64,000 bases of DNA from an uncultured Bacillota bacterium (GCA_963804645.1 CAWDRG010000011.1:128001-192000); one strand, 5' to 3'. Shown: positions 37,487 through 49,406, numbered from the stretch's first letter. The notes: generated by a model from the sequence alone, not told the origin. Program-made: numbers and translations.

Positions 37487-38503
37487 TCATTTCGCGCGCT
37501 TCTCCATGTGACCGCCGAACTGGAACCGCATCGCCGACAGCAGCTTGTCCTGAAAATCGGACGCGCCGCGCGACGTGAAGCGCTGGTACAGCGCGGCCGA
37601 CAAGACGGGCACCGGCGTCCCTTCGTCGATCGCGGCCTTGATCGTCCACCGGCCTTCTCCGGAGTCCGAGACATGCCCCGTGAAATCGGACAGTTCGGCG
37701 TCCTGCGCCAGAGCGGTCGCCGTCAGATCGAGCAGCCACGAGGCGATCACGCTTCCGCGCCGCCAGAGCTCCGTGATGTCGGGGATGTTGAACTCGTACT
37801 GGTAGTACTCCGGGCGCCGCAGCGGTGTGGTCTCGGCGTCCGCCGCGTGGCGGGCCAGGCCGACGTTGGCGTCGCGCAGCACGCCCAGCCCCTCCGCGTA
37901 CGCCGCCATCAGGCCGTACTCGATCCCGTTGTGAACCATCTTCACGAAGTGGCCGGCCCCGTTCGCGCCGCAGTGGAGGTAGCCCTCCTCGGCGGTGCCG
38001 CCGAGCCGCTCGCGCCCCGGGGTCCGCGGCAGATCGCCCCGACCGGGGGCCAGCCGCTTGAAGATTGGATCGAGGTGCTGCACCACGTCCGGCTCGCCGC
38101 CGATCATCATGCAGTAGCCGCGCTCCAAGCCCCAGACGCCGCCGCTCGTCCCCACGTCGACGTAGTGGATCCCATTGAGCCGCAGCTCCCTGGAGCGCCG
38201 GATGTCGTCAACGTAGTAGGAGTTCCCGCCGTCGATCACGATGTCGCCCGCGGACAGATGCGGGACAAGGTCGCCCAGGGTCCGGTCCACGACCGCCGCC
38301 GGGACCATGATCCAGACCGCCCGCGGCGGCTCGAGGCGCGCGACCAGATCCGCGAGCGAGGAGGCGCCGACCGCGTGCTCCTGCGCGAGGGTGCTCACCG
38401 CCTGCGGCGACACATCGAACACCACGCACTCGTGGCCTCCCCCGAGCAGCCGCCGCACCATATTCGCGCCCATGCGCCCGAGCCCGACCATGCCGAGTTG
38501 CAT
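37487..38503 (-). CDS. gnd: 6-phosphogluconate dehydrogenase (decarboxylating, short form)
   Basis: [47 protein letters not shown]. Confidence 0.95.
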   Translation of the reverse strand: MQLGMVGLGRMGANMVRRLLGGGHECVVFDVSPQAVSTLAQEHAVGASSLADLVARLEPPRAVWIMVPAAVVDRTLGDLVPHLSAGDIVIDGGNSYYVDDIRRSRELRLNGIHYVDVGTSGGVWGLERGYCMMIGGEPDVVQHLDPIFKRLAPGRGDLPRTPGRERLGGTAEEGYLHCGANGAGHFVKMVHNGIEYGLMAAYAEGLGVLRDANVGLARHAADAETTPLRRPEYYQYEFNIPDITELWRRGSVIASWLLDLTATALAQDAELSDFTGHVSDSGEGRWTIKAAIDEGTPVPVLSAALYQRFTSRGASDFQDKLLSAMRFQFGGHMEKRAK

Positions 38504-38630
38504 CGCCCGCTCCTCTCCTCACCTCTGCGATCGGTGCCCGCTCCGCCGGGGGCGCGCAGGAGCGCCCCCGGGTCGTGCCCCGACGGCGTGCGCACCGTCG
38601 ACCCGCCCACTCAGCGGCGCGGCGGACGCG

Positions 38631-40304
38631 TCAGGACGAGGGGGCCCTGGCCGCGCGGTAGCGGCGGATCAAGTGGTTCGTCGAACTGTCGTGGCGCAGC
38701 GCGGGTTCCGCAGCGTCCTCCAGCTCCGGGACGATCCGCTGGGCGAGCACCTTGCCGAGCTCCACGCCCCACTGATCGAACGAATCGATCCCCCAGATCA
38801 CGCCCTGGGTGAAGACCACGTGCTCGTACAGCGCCACGAGAGTCCCGAGAGTCGCCGGCGTGAGCCGCTCAGCGAGGATGGTGTTCGAGGGGCGGTTGCC
38901 TTCGAACACCCGATGGGGCACGAGCCACGCCGGCACCCCTTCGGCCGCGACCTCCCGCGGGGTCTTGCCGAACGCGAGCGCCTCCGTCTGCGCGAACACG
39001 TTGGCGAGCAGCAGGTCGTGATGCCGGCCGATAGGGTTGAGCGTCCGCTCGAACGCGATGAAATCGCACGGAATCAGCCGGGTCCCCTGATGAATCAGCT
39101 GGTAGAAAGAGTGCTGGCCGTTGGTCCCCGGTTCGCCCCAGTAGATCGGGCCGGTGTCGTAGGTCACCCGCGTCCCGTCGAGCGTCACGTGCTTGCCGTT
39201 GCTCTCCATCGTCAGCTGCTGCAGGTAGGCCGGGAACCGCTTCAGGTACTGTTCGTACGGCAGCACCGCCACGGTCTGCGCCCCGAAAAAATCGTTGTAC
39301 CAGACGCCCAACAGGCCCATCAGCACCGGCAGGTTGCGCGCGAACGGGGCGGTGCGAAAGTGCTCGTCCATCCGGTGGAAGCCGGCCAGCATCGCGCGGA
39401 ACGATTCCGGCCCGATCGCCAGCATCGTGGTGAGGCCGATCGCCGAGTCCATCGAGTAGCGCCCGCCGACCCAGTCCCAGAACTCGAACATATTGGCGGG
39501 ATCGATGCCGAACTTCGCCACCTCCGCCGCGTTCGTCGACACCGCCACGAAATGTCTCGCGACCGCGCCGACGTCGCCGCCCAGCCCGCCGAGCGACCAA
39601 GCGCGCGCGGTGTGCGCGTTGGTCATCGTCTCGAGCGTCGTGAACGTCTTCGAGGAAATGACGAACAGGGTCTCCGCCGGGTCGAGATCCCGCACCGCTT
39701 CGGCGAAGTCGGTCCCATCGACGTTGGAGACGAACCGAAACGTCATCGCGCGATCGCTGTAGTACCGCAGCGCCTCGTACGCCATCACCGGGCCGAGGTC
39801 GGAGCCCCCGATGCCGATGTTGATCACGTTGCGGATGCGCCGGCCGGTGTGCCCGGTCCACGCCCCGCTCCGCACCCGGTCGCAGAACGCGGACATCTTG
39901 TCGAGCACGGCGTGCACGAGCGGTACCACGTTCTGCCCATCAACTTCGATCGAGGTGCCCCGCGGGGCGCGCAGCGCGACGTGCAGCACCGCGCGGTCCT
40001 CGGTGACGTTGATCTTCTCCCCGCGAAACATCGCGGTGATCCGTCCGCGGAGGCCCGACTCGTCGGCCAGCCGAAGCAGCAGCCTGAGGGTGTCCGTCGT
40101 CGCGCGGTGCTTCGAATAGTCGAGGAACAGCCCCGCCGCCTCGACCGTCATGCGCGCACCGCGCTTCGGGTCGCGGGCGAACAGCTCCCGGAGATGCACC
40201 CGCCGGATCGCCCGATAGTGGGCCCGCAGCGCTTTCCACGCCGCTCGCTTGGGAAGCGGGGTGCTCGTCCGGCGCGTGGGACGCCGTGCGGGGCGCGTAG
40301 TCAT
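38631..40304 (-). CDS. pgi: Glucose-6-phosphate isomerase
   Basis: [39 protein letters not shown]. Confidence 0.96.
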   Translation of the reverse strand: MTTRPARRPTRRTSTPLPKRAAWKALRAHYRAIRRVHLRELFARDPKRGARMTVEAAGLFLDYSKHRATTDTLRLLLRLADESGLRGRITAMFRGEKINVTEDRAVLHVALRAPRGTSIEVDGQNVVPLVHAVLDKMSAFCDRVRSGAWTGHTGRRIRNVINIGIGGSDLGPVMAYEALRYYSDRAMTFRFVSNVDGTDFAEAVRDLDPAETLFVISSKTFTTLETMTNAHTARAWSLGGLGGDVGAVARHFVAVSTNAAEVAKFGIDPANMFEFWDWVGGRYSMDSAIGLTTMLAIGPESFRAMLAGFHRMDEHFRTAPFARNLPVLMGLLGVWYNDFFGAQTVAVLPYEQYLKRFPAYLQQLTMESNGKHVTLDGTRVTYDTGPIYWGEPGTNGQHSFYQLIHQGTRLIPCDFIAFERTLNPIGRHHDLLLANVFAQTEALAFGKTPREVAAEGVPAWLVPHRVFEGNRPSNTILAERLTPATLGTLVALYEHVVFTQGVIWGIDSFDQWGVELGKVLAQRIVPELEDAAEPALRHDSSTNHLIRRYRAARAPSS

Positions 40305-40360
40305 CGACGGGCTCCTCTCGCGTCGTCGTCGGCTGCCAACACCGCGGAGACGATTGCCGG

Positions 40361-41437
40361 CTACCTCAGCGCCGCGGCCTTGGACGTCATCACATCCATG
40401 AGCCCGTTCCACGACTTGACGAACGCCTTGGCGCCCTCGTCCTGCAGCCGCGCCGCGAGCGCATCGATGTCCACGCCGGCCTTCGCGAACCGCGCCAGCA
40501 CCTCGTCGCTGTCCCCGCCGTCCGCCGGCAGCATCCCGCCGAGCTCGCCGTGCTCGGCGAGGGCCTTCAAGGTCGCCTCCGGCATCGTGTTGATCGTAAA
40601 CGGCGCCGCGAGCGCCTTGATGTAGAGGACGTCCGAAGCCGTGGGATCCTTGGTGCCCGTGCTCGCCCACAGCAGTCGCTGCGGACGCGCGCCGGCGTTG
40701 TAGGCGCGCAGCCAGCGGGGGGCCGTCAGTAGCTCGCGGGCCGCCTTGTACGTCCGCTTCGCGACGGCGATCCCGAGATGGTTGCGCAGGGCGTCGGGCA
40801 CGCTGCCGGCGACCGCGACGTCCCACCGACTGATAAACAGCGACGCCACCGACGCGACGTCCGGATTCAGGCCGGCGTCGATGCGCCGCTCGATGCCGCG
40901 CAGGTACGCGTCGGCCGCCGCCAGATACTGTTCGCGGGAGAACAGGAGCGTGACGTTAATCGGCACCCCCGCGAAGATCGCCTCCTCGATCGCCGGCACC
41001 CCCTCCGGCGTGCCGGGGATCTTGATGAAGAGGTTCGGGCGCCCCGCCCGTGCGTGGAGCCGCTTGGCCGCGGCCAAGGTGCTCGCGGTGTCGTGCGCCA
41101 AGAGCGGCGACACCTCCAGCGACACCCAGCCGTCCACGCCTTCGGTCCGGTCGTGGATCGGCCGGAACAGGTCCGCGGCTTGGGCGAGATCTTCGATGGC
41201 CAGCTCGAAGAACAGATCCTCGCCGGATTTTCCCGCGGCGCGCTTCTCCCGGATCCCCGCGTCGTACGCCGTGCTCTTGGTGATCGCCTGGTCGAAGATC
41301 GTGGGGTTCGACGTCAGCCCCGTGACCGAGAACTCCTCGACATAGCGGCGGAGCGTCCCGCTCCCCAGAAGATCGCGCGTGATGTTGTCGAGCCAGATGC
41401 TCTGTCCCAGATCGTGTAGCCGTTGCGTCGCGTTCAT
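40361..41437 (-). CDS. tal: Transaldolase
   Basis: GQSIWLD, TSNPTIF, SLEVSP, IKIP, NVTLLFS, LWASTG. Confidence 0.95.
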   Translation of the reverse strand: MNATQRLHDLGQSIWLDNITRDLLGSGTLRRYVEEFSVTGLTSNPTIFDQAITKSTAYDAGIREKRAAGKSGEDLFFELAIEDLAQAADLFRPIHDRTEGVDGWVSLEVSPLLAHDTASTLAAAKRLHARAGRPNLFIKIPGTPEGVPAIEEAIFAGVPINVTLLFSREQYLAAADAYLRGIERRIDAGLNPDVASVASLFISRWDVAVAGSVPDALRNHLGIAVAKRTYKAARELLTAPRWLRAYNAGARPQRLLWASTGTKDPTASDVLYIKALAAPFTINTMPEATLKALAEHGELGGMLPADGGDSDEVLARFAKAGVDIDALAARLQDEGAKAFVKSWNGLMDVMTSKAAALR

Positions 41438-41562
41438 CGCCTCACCTCGGCAGTGGGTCACATCGCATCCTCTGTGCCCCGTATTTGGCGACCCGTCACG
41501 GACCGGCCTGCTTGTCCCCGAATCCCGTCGGAGGACCGGCGGCCGGACGCGACCCCCTCAGC

Positions 41563-43257
41563 CTACCCTGGTCCCGAGACGGCGCCGCGTAGCGCATTGT
41601 TAACGATCTCCGCGGCCTCGCGCACAATTGCGTGCAGGTGGGCCTGGTCCCGGAAGCTCTCGGCGTAGATCTTATAGACGTCCTCGGTGCCGGACGGTCG
41701 TGCCGCAAACCACCCGTTTGCCGCCACCACCTTGAGGCCGCCGATGGGGGCTTGGTTTCCGGGCGCGCGGGTCAGCGTGGCCGTGATGGCTTCGCCGCCC
41801 AACGTGGCGTCGGTGACGGCCTCGGGGCGCAGCGCCGCGAGCGCGGCCTTCTGCTCGCGGGTCGCCGGCGCGTCGATGCGCGTATAGTACGCGGGGCCGA
41901 ACTCCGCCGTCAGCTCCCGGTAGTGCTCCCCCGGGTCCTGGTCCGTCCGGGCGGTCATCTCGGCCGCCAGGAGGTCCATGATCAGGCCGTCCTTGTCTGT
42001 GGTCCACACGGTCCCATCGCGCCGCACAAAACTCGCGCCGGCGCTCTCCTCCCCGCCGAAACAGCACGACCCGTCGAACAGGCCGGGCGCAAACCACTTG
42101 AAGCCGACCGGCACCTCGTTCAGCCGCCGGCCGAGCCGGCGCACCACCCGGTCGATCATCCCGCTGCTGACCACCGTCTTCCCGACCGCGGCCTGCGCGG
42201 GCCACGCGGGACGGTGGGTGAGCAGGTAGCGGATCGAGACCGCGAGATAATCGTTCGGGTTCAAGAGGCCCGCGGATGGTGTAACGATCCCGTGCCGGTC
42301 TGCGTCGGGGTCGTTCGCGAACGCCACCCGATAGCGGGCTTTGAGGCCGACGAGGCCGGCCATCGCGTACGGACTCGAGCAGTCCATCCGGATCACGCCG
42401 TCGTGATCGACGGGCATGAACGAAAACGTCGGGTCGATCACCGGATTCACGACCGCGACGTTCAGCCCATACAGGGCGTTGATCGGCTCCCAGTAGTATC
42501 GGGACGCGCCGCCGAGCGGATCGACGCCGAGCGTGAGGCCGGCATCGCGGATCGCGGCCATGTCGACGACGCTCGCAAGATCGCGGACGTACGGCAGGAC
42601 CAGGTCGTCCGGATGGGTCGTGGCCGCGTGCAGCGCCGCCGGCGTCCGCCTGACCGCAGCGCTCCCCGCCCGCAGCAGCTCGTTGGCGCGTCGTTCGACC
42701 CACCCCGTGACGTCGGTGTCGGCCGGGCCGCCGTTCGTCGGGTTGTACTTGAAGCCGCCGTCCTCGGGCGGATTGTGCGACGGCGTGATCACGATCCCGT
42801 CCGCGAGATGATGCGCGCGCCCGCGGTTGTAGACCAGGATCGCCCGGGAGATCACCGGCGTGGGCGTGAACCCGTCGTCCCGCTGAATGATCGTCTCCAC
42901 CTCGTTGGCGGCCAGGACCTCCAACGCCGTGCGCTGGGCCGGTCCCGACAGGGCGTGCGTGTCCTTGCCCATGTACAGCGGGCCGTCGACGGCCTGCGCG
43001 CGCCGGTAGTCGCAGATCGCCTGGGTAATCGCGAGAATGTGCGCCTCGGTGAACGTGCCGCGAAACGGTGAGCCCCGGTGCCCGCTGGTCCCAAAGCTCA
43101 CCAGCTGAGCGGGGTCCTGCAGATCGGGCCGGCGGTCGTAGTACTCGCGTTCAAGCCGGGCGAGATCGACGCGCATCTCCGCGGGCGCCGTCCGCCCGGC
43201 GAGCGGCGACACCGCGCGGTCGAGTCCCGCGTCCTCCGTCTCTAGAGGACCGGGCAT
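41563..43257 (-). CDS. pgm: Phosphoglucomutase
   Basis: [39 protein letters not shown]. Confidence 0.95.
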   Translation of the reverse strand: MPGPLETEDAGLDRAVSPLAGRTAPAEMRVDLARLEREYYDRRPDLQDPAQLVSFGTSGHRGSPFRGTFTEAHILAITQAICDYRRAQAVDGPLYMGKDTHALSGPAQRTALEVLAANEVETIIQRDDGFTPTPVISRAILVYNRGRAHHLADGIVITPSHNPPEDGGFKYNPTNGGPADTDVTGWVERRANELLRAGSAAVRRTPAALHAATTHPDDLVLPYVRDLASVVDMAAIRDAGLTLGVDPLGGASRYYWEPINALYGLNVAVVNPVIDPTFSFMPVDHDGVIRMDCSSPYAMAGLVGLKARYRVAFANDPDADRHGIVTPSAGLLNPNDYLAVSIRYLLTHRPAWPAQAAVGKTVVSSGMIDRVVRRLGRRLNEVPVGFKWFAPGLFDGSCCFGGEESAGASFVRRDGTVWTTDKDGLIMDLLAAEMTARTDQDPGEHYRELTAEFGPAYYTRIDAPATREQKAALAALRPEAVTDATLGGEAITATLTRAPGNQAPIGGLKVVAANGWFAARPSGTEDVYKIYAESFRDQAHLHAIVREAAEIVNNALRGAVSGPG

Positions 43258-43469
43258 CGCCCCTCGGCGCGGCCGGCAGCCGCCGCCCGGTGAGTCGATC
43301 GGTTCTCCGCGCCGGCGATGGTCACGATCATCCTCCGCGCCCGGGCGGTGAGCCCGCGCCTCGCCCGGGCGCTGTGGTGCGTATCGTGCGGCGCCGGTCG
43401 GTAGTTCGATTCCCCGCCACCCTGCTCCTCCAGTGCCTCGCGCGAGGCGCGGGATCGGGCTCGTTCATA

Positions 43470-44249
43470 TCAGAGCGCGAGCTGGCCGCCGTCGACGATC
43501 ACGTTGGCCCCGACCATGAAGCTGCCCTCGTCGGACGCGAGCAGCACCGCCGCTCCGGCGACCTCGTCCGGCTGCCCGACTCGGGCGAGCGGCACCGGAT
43601 CGGTCCTCGACGCGCGAAACACCGGGTCTTGAAGGCGCTCCCGATTGATGTCGGTCTCGAACGCGCCGGGCGAGATCGCGTTCACCCGAATCCCGAGCGG
43701 CGCCAGCTCGACCGCCATGCACCGCGTGAGGGCGATCACGCCGCCTTTGAGCGCGCAGTAGTGGGCCTGGTTCGGCGTCGCGACGACCCCGCTGATCGAT
43801 GCGATGTTGATGATGGCCCCTCGGGCCCCGCGGCGTACCATCTCCCTCGCCACCCACCGGCTCGTCACGAAGTACCCGCGCAGGTTCACCCGGTAGAGCC
43901 GGTCCCAATCGTCCAGCGACAGCTCGAGCACCGGACCCCGCGCGAGCACCGCGGCCGCGTTCACCAGCACGTCAATCGGCCCGAGGGTCGCGGCGAGACG
44001 CTCGAGCGCCGCCGCGGTGCCGTTGGGATCGGCAACGTCCGCCTCCACGCCCGCCCCGCGCCGGCCCAGGCTGGTGACGGCCGCGACGGTGTCATCGGAG
44101 GCGCGGATGTCGAGCACGCCCACATCCGCGCCCTCGCGCGCGAACGCGAGGGCGATCGCCCGGCCGAGGCCGTTCCGTGCGGCCCCCGTGATCGCGGCCA
44201 CCTTGCCGGACAATCGCATCGTTCCCATCCCGGTCTCCCCCGGCGGCAT
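43470..44249 (-). CDS. Short-chain dehydrogenase/reductase
   Basis: TGAARNGLG, NAA, YCALK (YxxxK), IRVNAISPG, VDGG. Confidence 0.9.
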   Translation of the reverse strand: MPPGETGMGTMRLSGKVAAITGAARNGLGRAIALAFAREGADVGVLDIRASDDTVAAVTSLGRRGAGVEADVADPNGTAAALERLAATLGPIDVLVNAAAVLARGPVLELSLDDWDRLYRVNLRGYFVTSRWVAREMVRRGARGAIINIASISGVVATPNQAHYCALKGGVIALTRCMAVELAPLGIRVNAISPGAFETDINRERLQDPVFRASRTDPVPLARVGQPDEVAGAAVLLASDEGSFMVGANVIVDGGQLAL

Positions 44250-44268
44250 GCGTGCCGACCCGTCGGTC

Positions 44269-45708
44269 CTAGTGCGGACTGGCCGCCCACGGCGCCACGA
44301 GGTCGGGCGGCGCCCACGGCGGGACCGACGGCTCGCGGTCGCCCTTCGCCGCCGGCAGCGGTGCCGGCGCGCGTCCGGCCAGGTTCGCCGCCCGGCCGGA
44401 CGTGAACGCCGCGATCCTCGGCAGCGCGGCGCGCACCAACGAGTAGTGTTCCAGCGGACCGAGGTCCACCTGCTCGGTGAACCGGTCGGTCAGCTCCGGG
44501 ACCCCGGCGCCGCCGTTGATGGGTTCACCCAGCATGCTGGCCGTCAAGTTGATCCCGTCCCCCATGCCGTACGAGAACGCGGCCTCCGGCAGTCGTCCGG
44601 TCACCCCGGCCTGCGTGCCCGGGCTCTCCCGCGTCGGCCGGCGGGATCCGTAGAAGGCGTAGACGCGGATGCCCGGGGGGAGCGGCTGCGCGTTCAAGCG
44701 CTCGAGTTCCACGTTCTCGGCGCCCTTGGGGATCTCCCACGGCGCGCCGGGCGCCGGGCGCCAAAACGGGAAGGTCGGGAGGAAGCTGCGCGCCGCGGGG
44801 GTCCGCGCCAGCTTCGCCACCGGATACCAGGCGTAGATGTACGACATCACGGATCCTTCGTTCGGGACCGCGATCAGAAACAGGGCGTTGGTGATGCGCT
44901 TCCAACTCGGATCGAAGGCGGCGTCCCAGCGGGCAGGCAGCCCGCCGGCGCTGTACCCGACCACGTTGAAGCGGGACGCGTAGGCCGTCGGGAGCACCAC
45001 GTCGCGGACGTAGGCCGCCAGCAGGTGCGCGGTGTCCTCAAGGCCGAGGCGCCGGGACGCGTACGTGAACCAAAACAAGTTCGGTGACGGTCCGGTGTCG
45101 GTGTAGCCCCATCGCCGGAAAATGCTCAGCACGTGCTGCTGCTTCCCCCAGATTTCGTTGAGATAGCCGGGCACGAGCACGGTCGGCAGCAGGAGCAGTC
45201 CGGTCTGTCGAGCCGCGGCGGTCTCGGCACCCTGCCGGACCATAATCTCGAGCGTCACCGGGGTATTTTCGCCGGGAGGGGGAATCGGGGGAAAGTCCGC
45301 CGTGACCACGCCGCCGATGCGGCTCTGCCCGCCCGCGAGGTCGAGCACGACCGAAAAATGGTCCATGGGGCCGGCAAACGCGGTCGTCGGCTGCTCGATG
45401 GTCGCCCCGTCCACCGCGGCGGTCGCGCCGATCGTCTCCGGGAGGCCGGGCTGGAGCCCGGCGATCGACACGCCGAAGGAGACGCGGCCGGGGCCGATCC
45501 GCTCGAGACTGGCAATGTGGACGGCGAGGGGGATGGTCGCCTGTCCGGACGATGCTAGGAGCGACGCGAACAGCGCCGCGCAGGCTGCGGCGGCTCCGAT
45601 CTTCCACGCCGTCCGGCGTGCCGATCGACGGGCGCATGCCCGCGCACCCCGCGCCGCGCCGTCGGCGCTGCGCCGATACCAGATCGTATTCTCGTCGCCC
45701 CCGCTCAT
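44269..45708 (-). CDS. Probable secreted lipase/esterase-like alpha/beta hydrolase with N-terminal beta domain; start uncertain
   Basis: VLVPGY, VVGYSAGG (GxSxG), AVPNEGS, GDG, late EH; signal-like AAAACAALFASLL segment. Confidence 0.7.
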   Translation of the reverse strand: MSGGDENTIWYRRSADGAARGARACARRSARRTAWKIGAAAACAALFASLLASSGQATIPLAVHIASLERIGPGRVSFGVSIAGLQPGLPETIGATAAVDGATIEQPTTAFAGPMDHFSVVLDLAGGQSRIGGVVTADFPPIPPPGENTPVTLEIMVRQGAETAAARQTGLLLLPTVLVPGYLNEIWGKQQHVLSIFRRWGYTDTGPSPNLFWFTYASRRLGLEDTAHLLAAYVRDVVLPTAYASRFNVVGYSAGGLPARWDAAFDPSWKRITNALFLIAVPNEGSVMSYIYAWYPVAKLARTPAARSFLPTFPFWRPAPGAPWEIPKGAENVELERLNAQPLPPGIRVYAFYGSRRPTRESPGTQAGVTGRLPEAAFSYGMGDGINLTASMLGEPINGGAGVPELTDRFTEQVDLGPLEHYSLVRAALPRIAAFTSGRAANLAGRAPAPLPAAKGDREPSVPPWAPPDLVAPWAASPH

Positions 45709-45963
45709 CCGCACGCTGACGTCTCCAGATACGGCGGCGGCCGCTGCGCGATGCCGCGCGGTCATCCGCCCAAGAAAATCTTTGCCCATCTCGCGGGGCC
45801 GTCACACCACCCCATCGTCCCGCGGCGTCCCGTCTCCACCCCATTGTAGTCCGCGCGACGCCGCCACCTCAAGCCTCGGGCCGGCCCGCCCGTGCGGTCA
45901 CGCGCGGGAGCCGCGCTCCAGAGCAGGACGCCTCCACGTGGTGCGTCGAACCAACGGAGCCAC

Positions 45964-46905
45964 ATGCGTTCCTACCTCCTGCGCCGGACGCTCCTGATCG
46001 TCCCGCTCATCTGGGGTGTCGTCACGCTCGTGTTCATCGTTGTCCATCTGCTGCCCGGCGACCCCGCAGCCGTGCTGCTCGGCCCGTTTGCGACCAGCGA
46101 TCGTGAGGTCGGACTGCGGCACATGTGGGGGCTCGATCAGCCCCTGATCACGCAGTACGTGCGCTACATGGAGAACGTCATCCAGGGCCAGTTCGGCACG
46201 TCGTTCCTGACGGGGGTGCCGGCCTCGACGCAGATCGCCGGCCTGCTGCCGTACACGATCGTGCTCGGCCTCGCCGCGCTCGTGATCGCGATCGGCGTGG
46301 GGATTCCGCTCGGGGTCGTCGCCGCGGTCCGGAACAACACCCCGAGCGACCACATGTCGTTGATCCTCTCGCTGGTGCTCGTCTCCGCGCCCAACTTCCT
46401 GGTCGGGATCGTGCTCCTGCTCGTCTTCTCCGGCCGGCTCGGCTGGCTGCCGCCGATCGGGGGCGGGACGTTCACACAGCCCGTGACGATCCTCACCCAT
46501 ACCATCCTGCCCTCGGTCGCGCTCGCGGCCGGGCTGCTCGCCTACCTCACCCGCATCACCCGGACGAGCCTCCTGTCGGCGCTGCGCGATGACTTCGTGC
46601 GGACCGCCCGCGCGAAGGGACTCGGCCGGAACGCGGTCGTCTTCCGGCACGCCTTCCGGAACGCGCTGCTGCCGATCCTGAGCATCCTCGGCCTCGCCGC
46701 CGGCGAGCTGGTCGGCGGCGCCGTGGTCATCGAGACCGTCTTCGCGCGGCCCGGCATCGGCAGCCTGCTCGTCAACTCTGTCACCGGCCGCGACTACGTG
46801 CAGGTGCAGGCCTGCGTGATCGTGCTGGCCGTCTCCTTCGTCCTGATGAATTTGGTCACCGACCTCTGCTACGCAGCGGTCGATCCCCGGATCCAGTACC
46901 GTTAG
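45964..46905 (+). CDS. Peptide/nickel ABC permease (OppB/DppB-like)
   Basis: PGDPA, GLDQP, FVRTARAKG, HAFRNA, ETVFARPG. Confidence 0.9.
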   Translation: MRSYLLRRTLLIVPLIWGVVTLVFIVVHLLPGDPAAVLLGPFATSDREVGLRHMWGLDQPLITQYVRYMENVIQGQFGTSFLTGVPASTQIAGLLPYTIVLGLAALVIAIGVGIPLGVVAAVRNNTPSDHMSLILSLVLVSAPNFLVGIVLLLVFSGRLGWLPPIGGGTFTQPVTILTHTILPSVALAAGLLAYLTRITRTSLLSALRDDFVRTARAKGLGRNAVVFRHAFRNALLPILSILGLAAGELVGGAVVIETVFARPGIGSLLVNSVTGRDYVQVQACVIVLAVSFVLMNLVTDLCYAAVDPRIQYR

Positions 46906-46916
46906 AGGCCGGTGAC

Positions 46917-47819
46917 ATGGCGCACGCGCACGCTCCCGTCGCTGCCGGCAGGCCCGCGGGGATCGCCCGGCCCCGCTGGCGCGGCTTCGCTCGGGTGCTC
47001 CGGCGCAACCTCCCGGCGCTGCTGTCGTTCGGATTCATCACCCTCCTGTTCATCGTCGCGGCCTTCGCGCCGCTGATCGCCCCGTACAACCCGTCCGTGG
47101 TCTCCGCCGCGGCGTCGTTCACCCCGCCGAACTGGCACCACCCGTTTGGCACGGATCTGTTCGGCCGGGACATCTTTTCCCGGGTCATCTACGGCACCCG
47201 GCTCTCCCTGCTGGTCGGCGTCGTCGCGGTCGCCATCGGCGCCACCGGCGGCTCGCTGCTGGGAATGCTGGCCGGCGTGAGCGCGCGCGGGATCGAACAG
47301 ACGATCATGCGGGCGATCGACGTGGCGCTGGCCTTTCCGCTGATCCTGCTGGCGATCTTGATTCTGGGGTTTTTTGGGTCGGGCGTCCAAAACGTGATGG
47401 TCGCGGTCGGCATCGCCTATCTGCCCCGCTTCGCGCGCATCACGCACGCGTCGACCTTGTCCCTGCGGGAGATGGAGTACGTGGACGCGGCCCGGGCGAG
47501 CGGCGCCGACACCGGACGCGTGATCCTCCGGCACATCCTGCCCAATCTGCTGCAGGTGCTCGCGGTCTACGTCACGTTTTCCATCCCGGTCGCGATCTTG
47601 ATCGAGGCCGGGCTCGACTATCTGGGGGTCGGCGTCCTGCCGCCGACCCCCACGTGGGGCGCGATCATCAACGAGGGGCGCCAGTCGCTCCTGCTGGCGC
47701 CGTGGGAGTCGGTGCTCCCCGGGCTCGTGATCATGTGCGCCGTGCTGGCCTTCAACCTCTTCGGCGAAGCGGTCGCGAACTTCCTCGACCCGAAGGCGAC
47801 GATCGGCCTCAACGGCTGA
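46917..47819 (+). CDS. Peptide/nickel ABC permease (OppC/DppC-like)
   Basis: HPFGTDLFGRD, GTRLSL, YVDAARASGA, PTWG. Confidence 0.9.
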   Translation: MAHAHAPVAAGRPAGIARPRWRGFARVLRRNLPALLSFGFITLLFIVAAFAPLIAPYNPSVVSAAASFTPPNWHHPFGTDLFGRDIFSRVIYGTRLSLLVGVVAVAIGATGGSLLGMLAGVSARGIEQTIMRAIDVALAFPLILLAILILGFFGSGVQNVMVAVGIAYLPRFARITHASTLSLREMEYVDAARASGADTGRVILRHILPNLLQVLAVYVTFSIPVAILIEAGLDYLGVGVLPPTPTWGAIINEGRQSLLLAPWESVLPGLVIMCAVLAFNLFGEAVANFLDPKATIGLNG

Positions 47820-47837
47820 CCGGAGCCCCCGGCGCGG

Positions 47838-49406
47838 CTACTTGGAGAAGGTCACCTGCGAGAGCGGGTCGCCGCCGAACAGCACGAACGGCTCGTAGTT
47901 CTGGACCCGCGGGCTGACGAGCCACGTTTCCTTCAACACGTAGTACTCGACCGCCGGCACGTCGGCGGTAAGCCGCTGCTGAATCTGCTTCAACACCTGG
48001 TCCCGCGCCGCCGGGGTCGCCGCTGAGCGCTGCGCGTCGTAGAGCTTGTCGATTCCGGTGTACCGCGCGATGTTGAGCCCGGCCGGCGGATTCCCGGCGC
48101 CGATGAACGTGAGCGAGAACAGTCCGTCCGGGTCCGGAGACACCGCCGTCCCGATGACCGACGCGGGCGTCGTCGCCTTGATCCGCTCCTGGACGAGCGT
48201 GCCGCGCTCGAGCGGCCTCGGCTCCATGTTGATGCCGAACTGGGCGAGGTTGGCCGCGAGGAACTGCGCGGCGTTGATGTCGAGCGTATCATTGTACGTG
48301 GTGAAGAAGCCGTTGATCGGCAGCTTCACGCCCGATTCGCGGAGGAGCTGCCGCGCCTTCGCCGGATCGTAGGTGTTCTGCACGTTCACCGACGGGTCGA
48401 ACCCGGTCATCCCCGGCATCATGATGCCGGAGTACCCGGCGGTGCCGTAGCCGCGGAGGACCGCGGACACGAGGCCCGGATAGTCGATCGCGTACAGCAT
48501 CGCCTGGCGGACCTTGACGTTGTCGAACGGCTTGACGGTCGTGTTGATCTCAAGATAGTCCGTCCGCAGCGCGGTCTTCGCGATCACGACCACCCCGGGG
48601 GTGTTCTGATACTCGATCGCGATGATCGGGTCATTCGTGTTGACGATGTCGACCGCCCCCGCCTTGACGGCCAGCGCGGCCGTCTGGCTGTCGGCGATCA
48701 CCTTGAAATCGATCTGATCGATCGCCGGCTTGGACCCCCAGTAATCGGGGCTTCGGGCGAGCACGACGTCCTGGGTTGGCGTCAGCGACTTCAGCATGTA
48801 CGGGCCGCTGCCGATCGGGGTCTTCTCGTAGCCCGCTCGGCCGAGCTTGTCCCAGGCCGCCTTCGACATCACCCAGCCGGTCGAGGGCTCGACGTTTGCG
48901 ACGTTCCAGATGAACCCCAAGAACGGCGTCGCGAGGTGGAAGACCGCGGTGTAGGGATCCGGACACGAGACGCTGTCGACCGCCGCGGCCTGCGTCTTCC
49001 AGAACGATCCGTTGGCGGGATTCTTGTTGAAATCCCATGTGAAGGCGACGTCGGCGCACGTCAACTCGCCGTAGCCCCCCTGCCACTTCACGCCCTTGTG
49101 CAGCACGAACGTCCAGGTCTTGCCGTCGGGGCTAACCGTCCACGACGTGGCGAGGGCGGGACCGATCTTCCACGACTTGGCGTCCGCCTGCACCAGGGAG
49201 TCGTAGATCGAGTTCATGATGTTCGTATCTTCCCCGGTGGTCGTAAACGCCGGGATCTTGCTGGTCCCGGTCGAGATCTGCGCGTAGACCAGCGTGTTGG
49301 GGTCGGCGGCTCCCGCCGGCACCCCCGCCAGGACGGTCGCCACGAGACACGCGAGCGCGAGCACCAGCAGGGTCGAGCGGAACGCGGTCGCCGGGTGACG
49401 TCGCAT
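47838..49406 (-). CDS. Family 5 ABC substrate-binding protein
   Basis: Signal peptide; IYDSLV, LATSW...DGKTWTF, PIGSGPY, PFDNVKVRQA. Confidence 0.9.
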   Translation of the reverse strand: MRRHPATAFRSTLLVLALACLVATVLAGVPAGAADPNTLVYAQISTGTSKIPAFTTTGEDTNIMNSIYDSLVQADAKSWKIGPALATSWTVSPDGKTWTFVLHKGVKWQGGYGELTCADVAFTWDFNKNPANGSFWKTQAAAVDSVSCPDPYTAVFHLATPFLGFIWNVANVEPSTGWVMSKAAWDKLGRAGYEKTPIGSGPYMLKSLTPTQDVVLARSPDYWGSKPAIDQIDFKVIADSQTAALAVKAGAVDIVNTNDPIIAIEYQNTPGVVVIAKTALRTDYLEINTTVKPFDNVKVRQAMLYAIDYPGLVSAVLRGYGTAGYSGIMMPGMTGFDPSVNVQNTYDPAKARQLLRESGVKLPINGFFTTYNDTLDINAAQFLAANLAQFGINMEPRPLERGTLVQERIKATTPASVIGTAVSPDPDGLFSLTFIGAGNPPAGLNIARYTGIDKLYDAQRSAATPAARDQVLKQIQQRLTADVPAVEYYVLKETWLVSPRVQNYEPFVLFGGDPLSQVTFSK

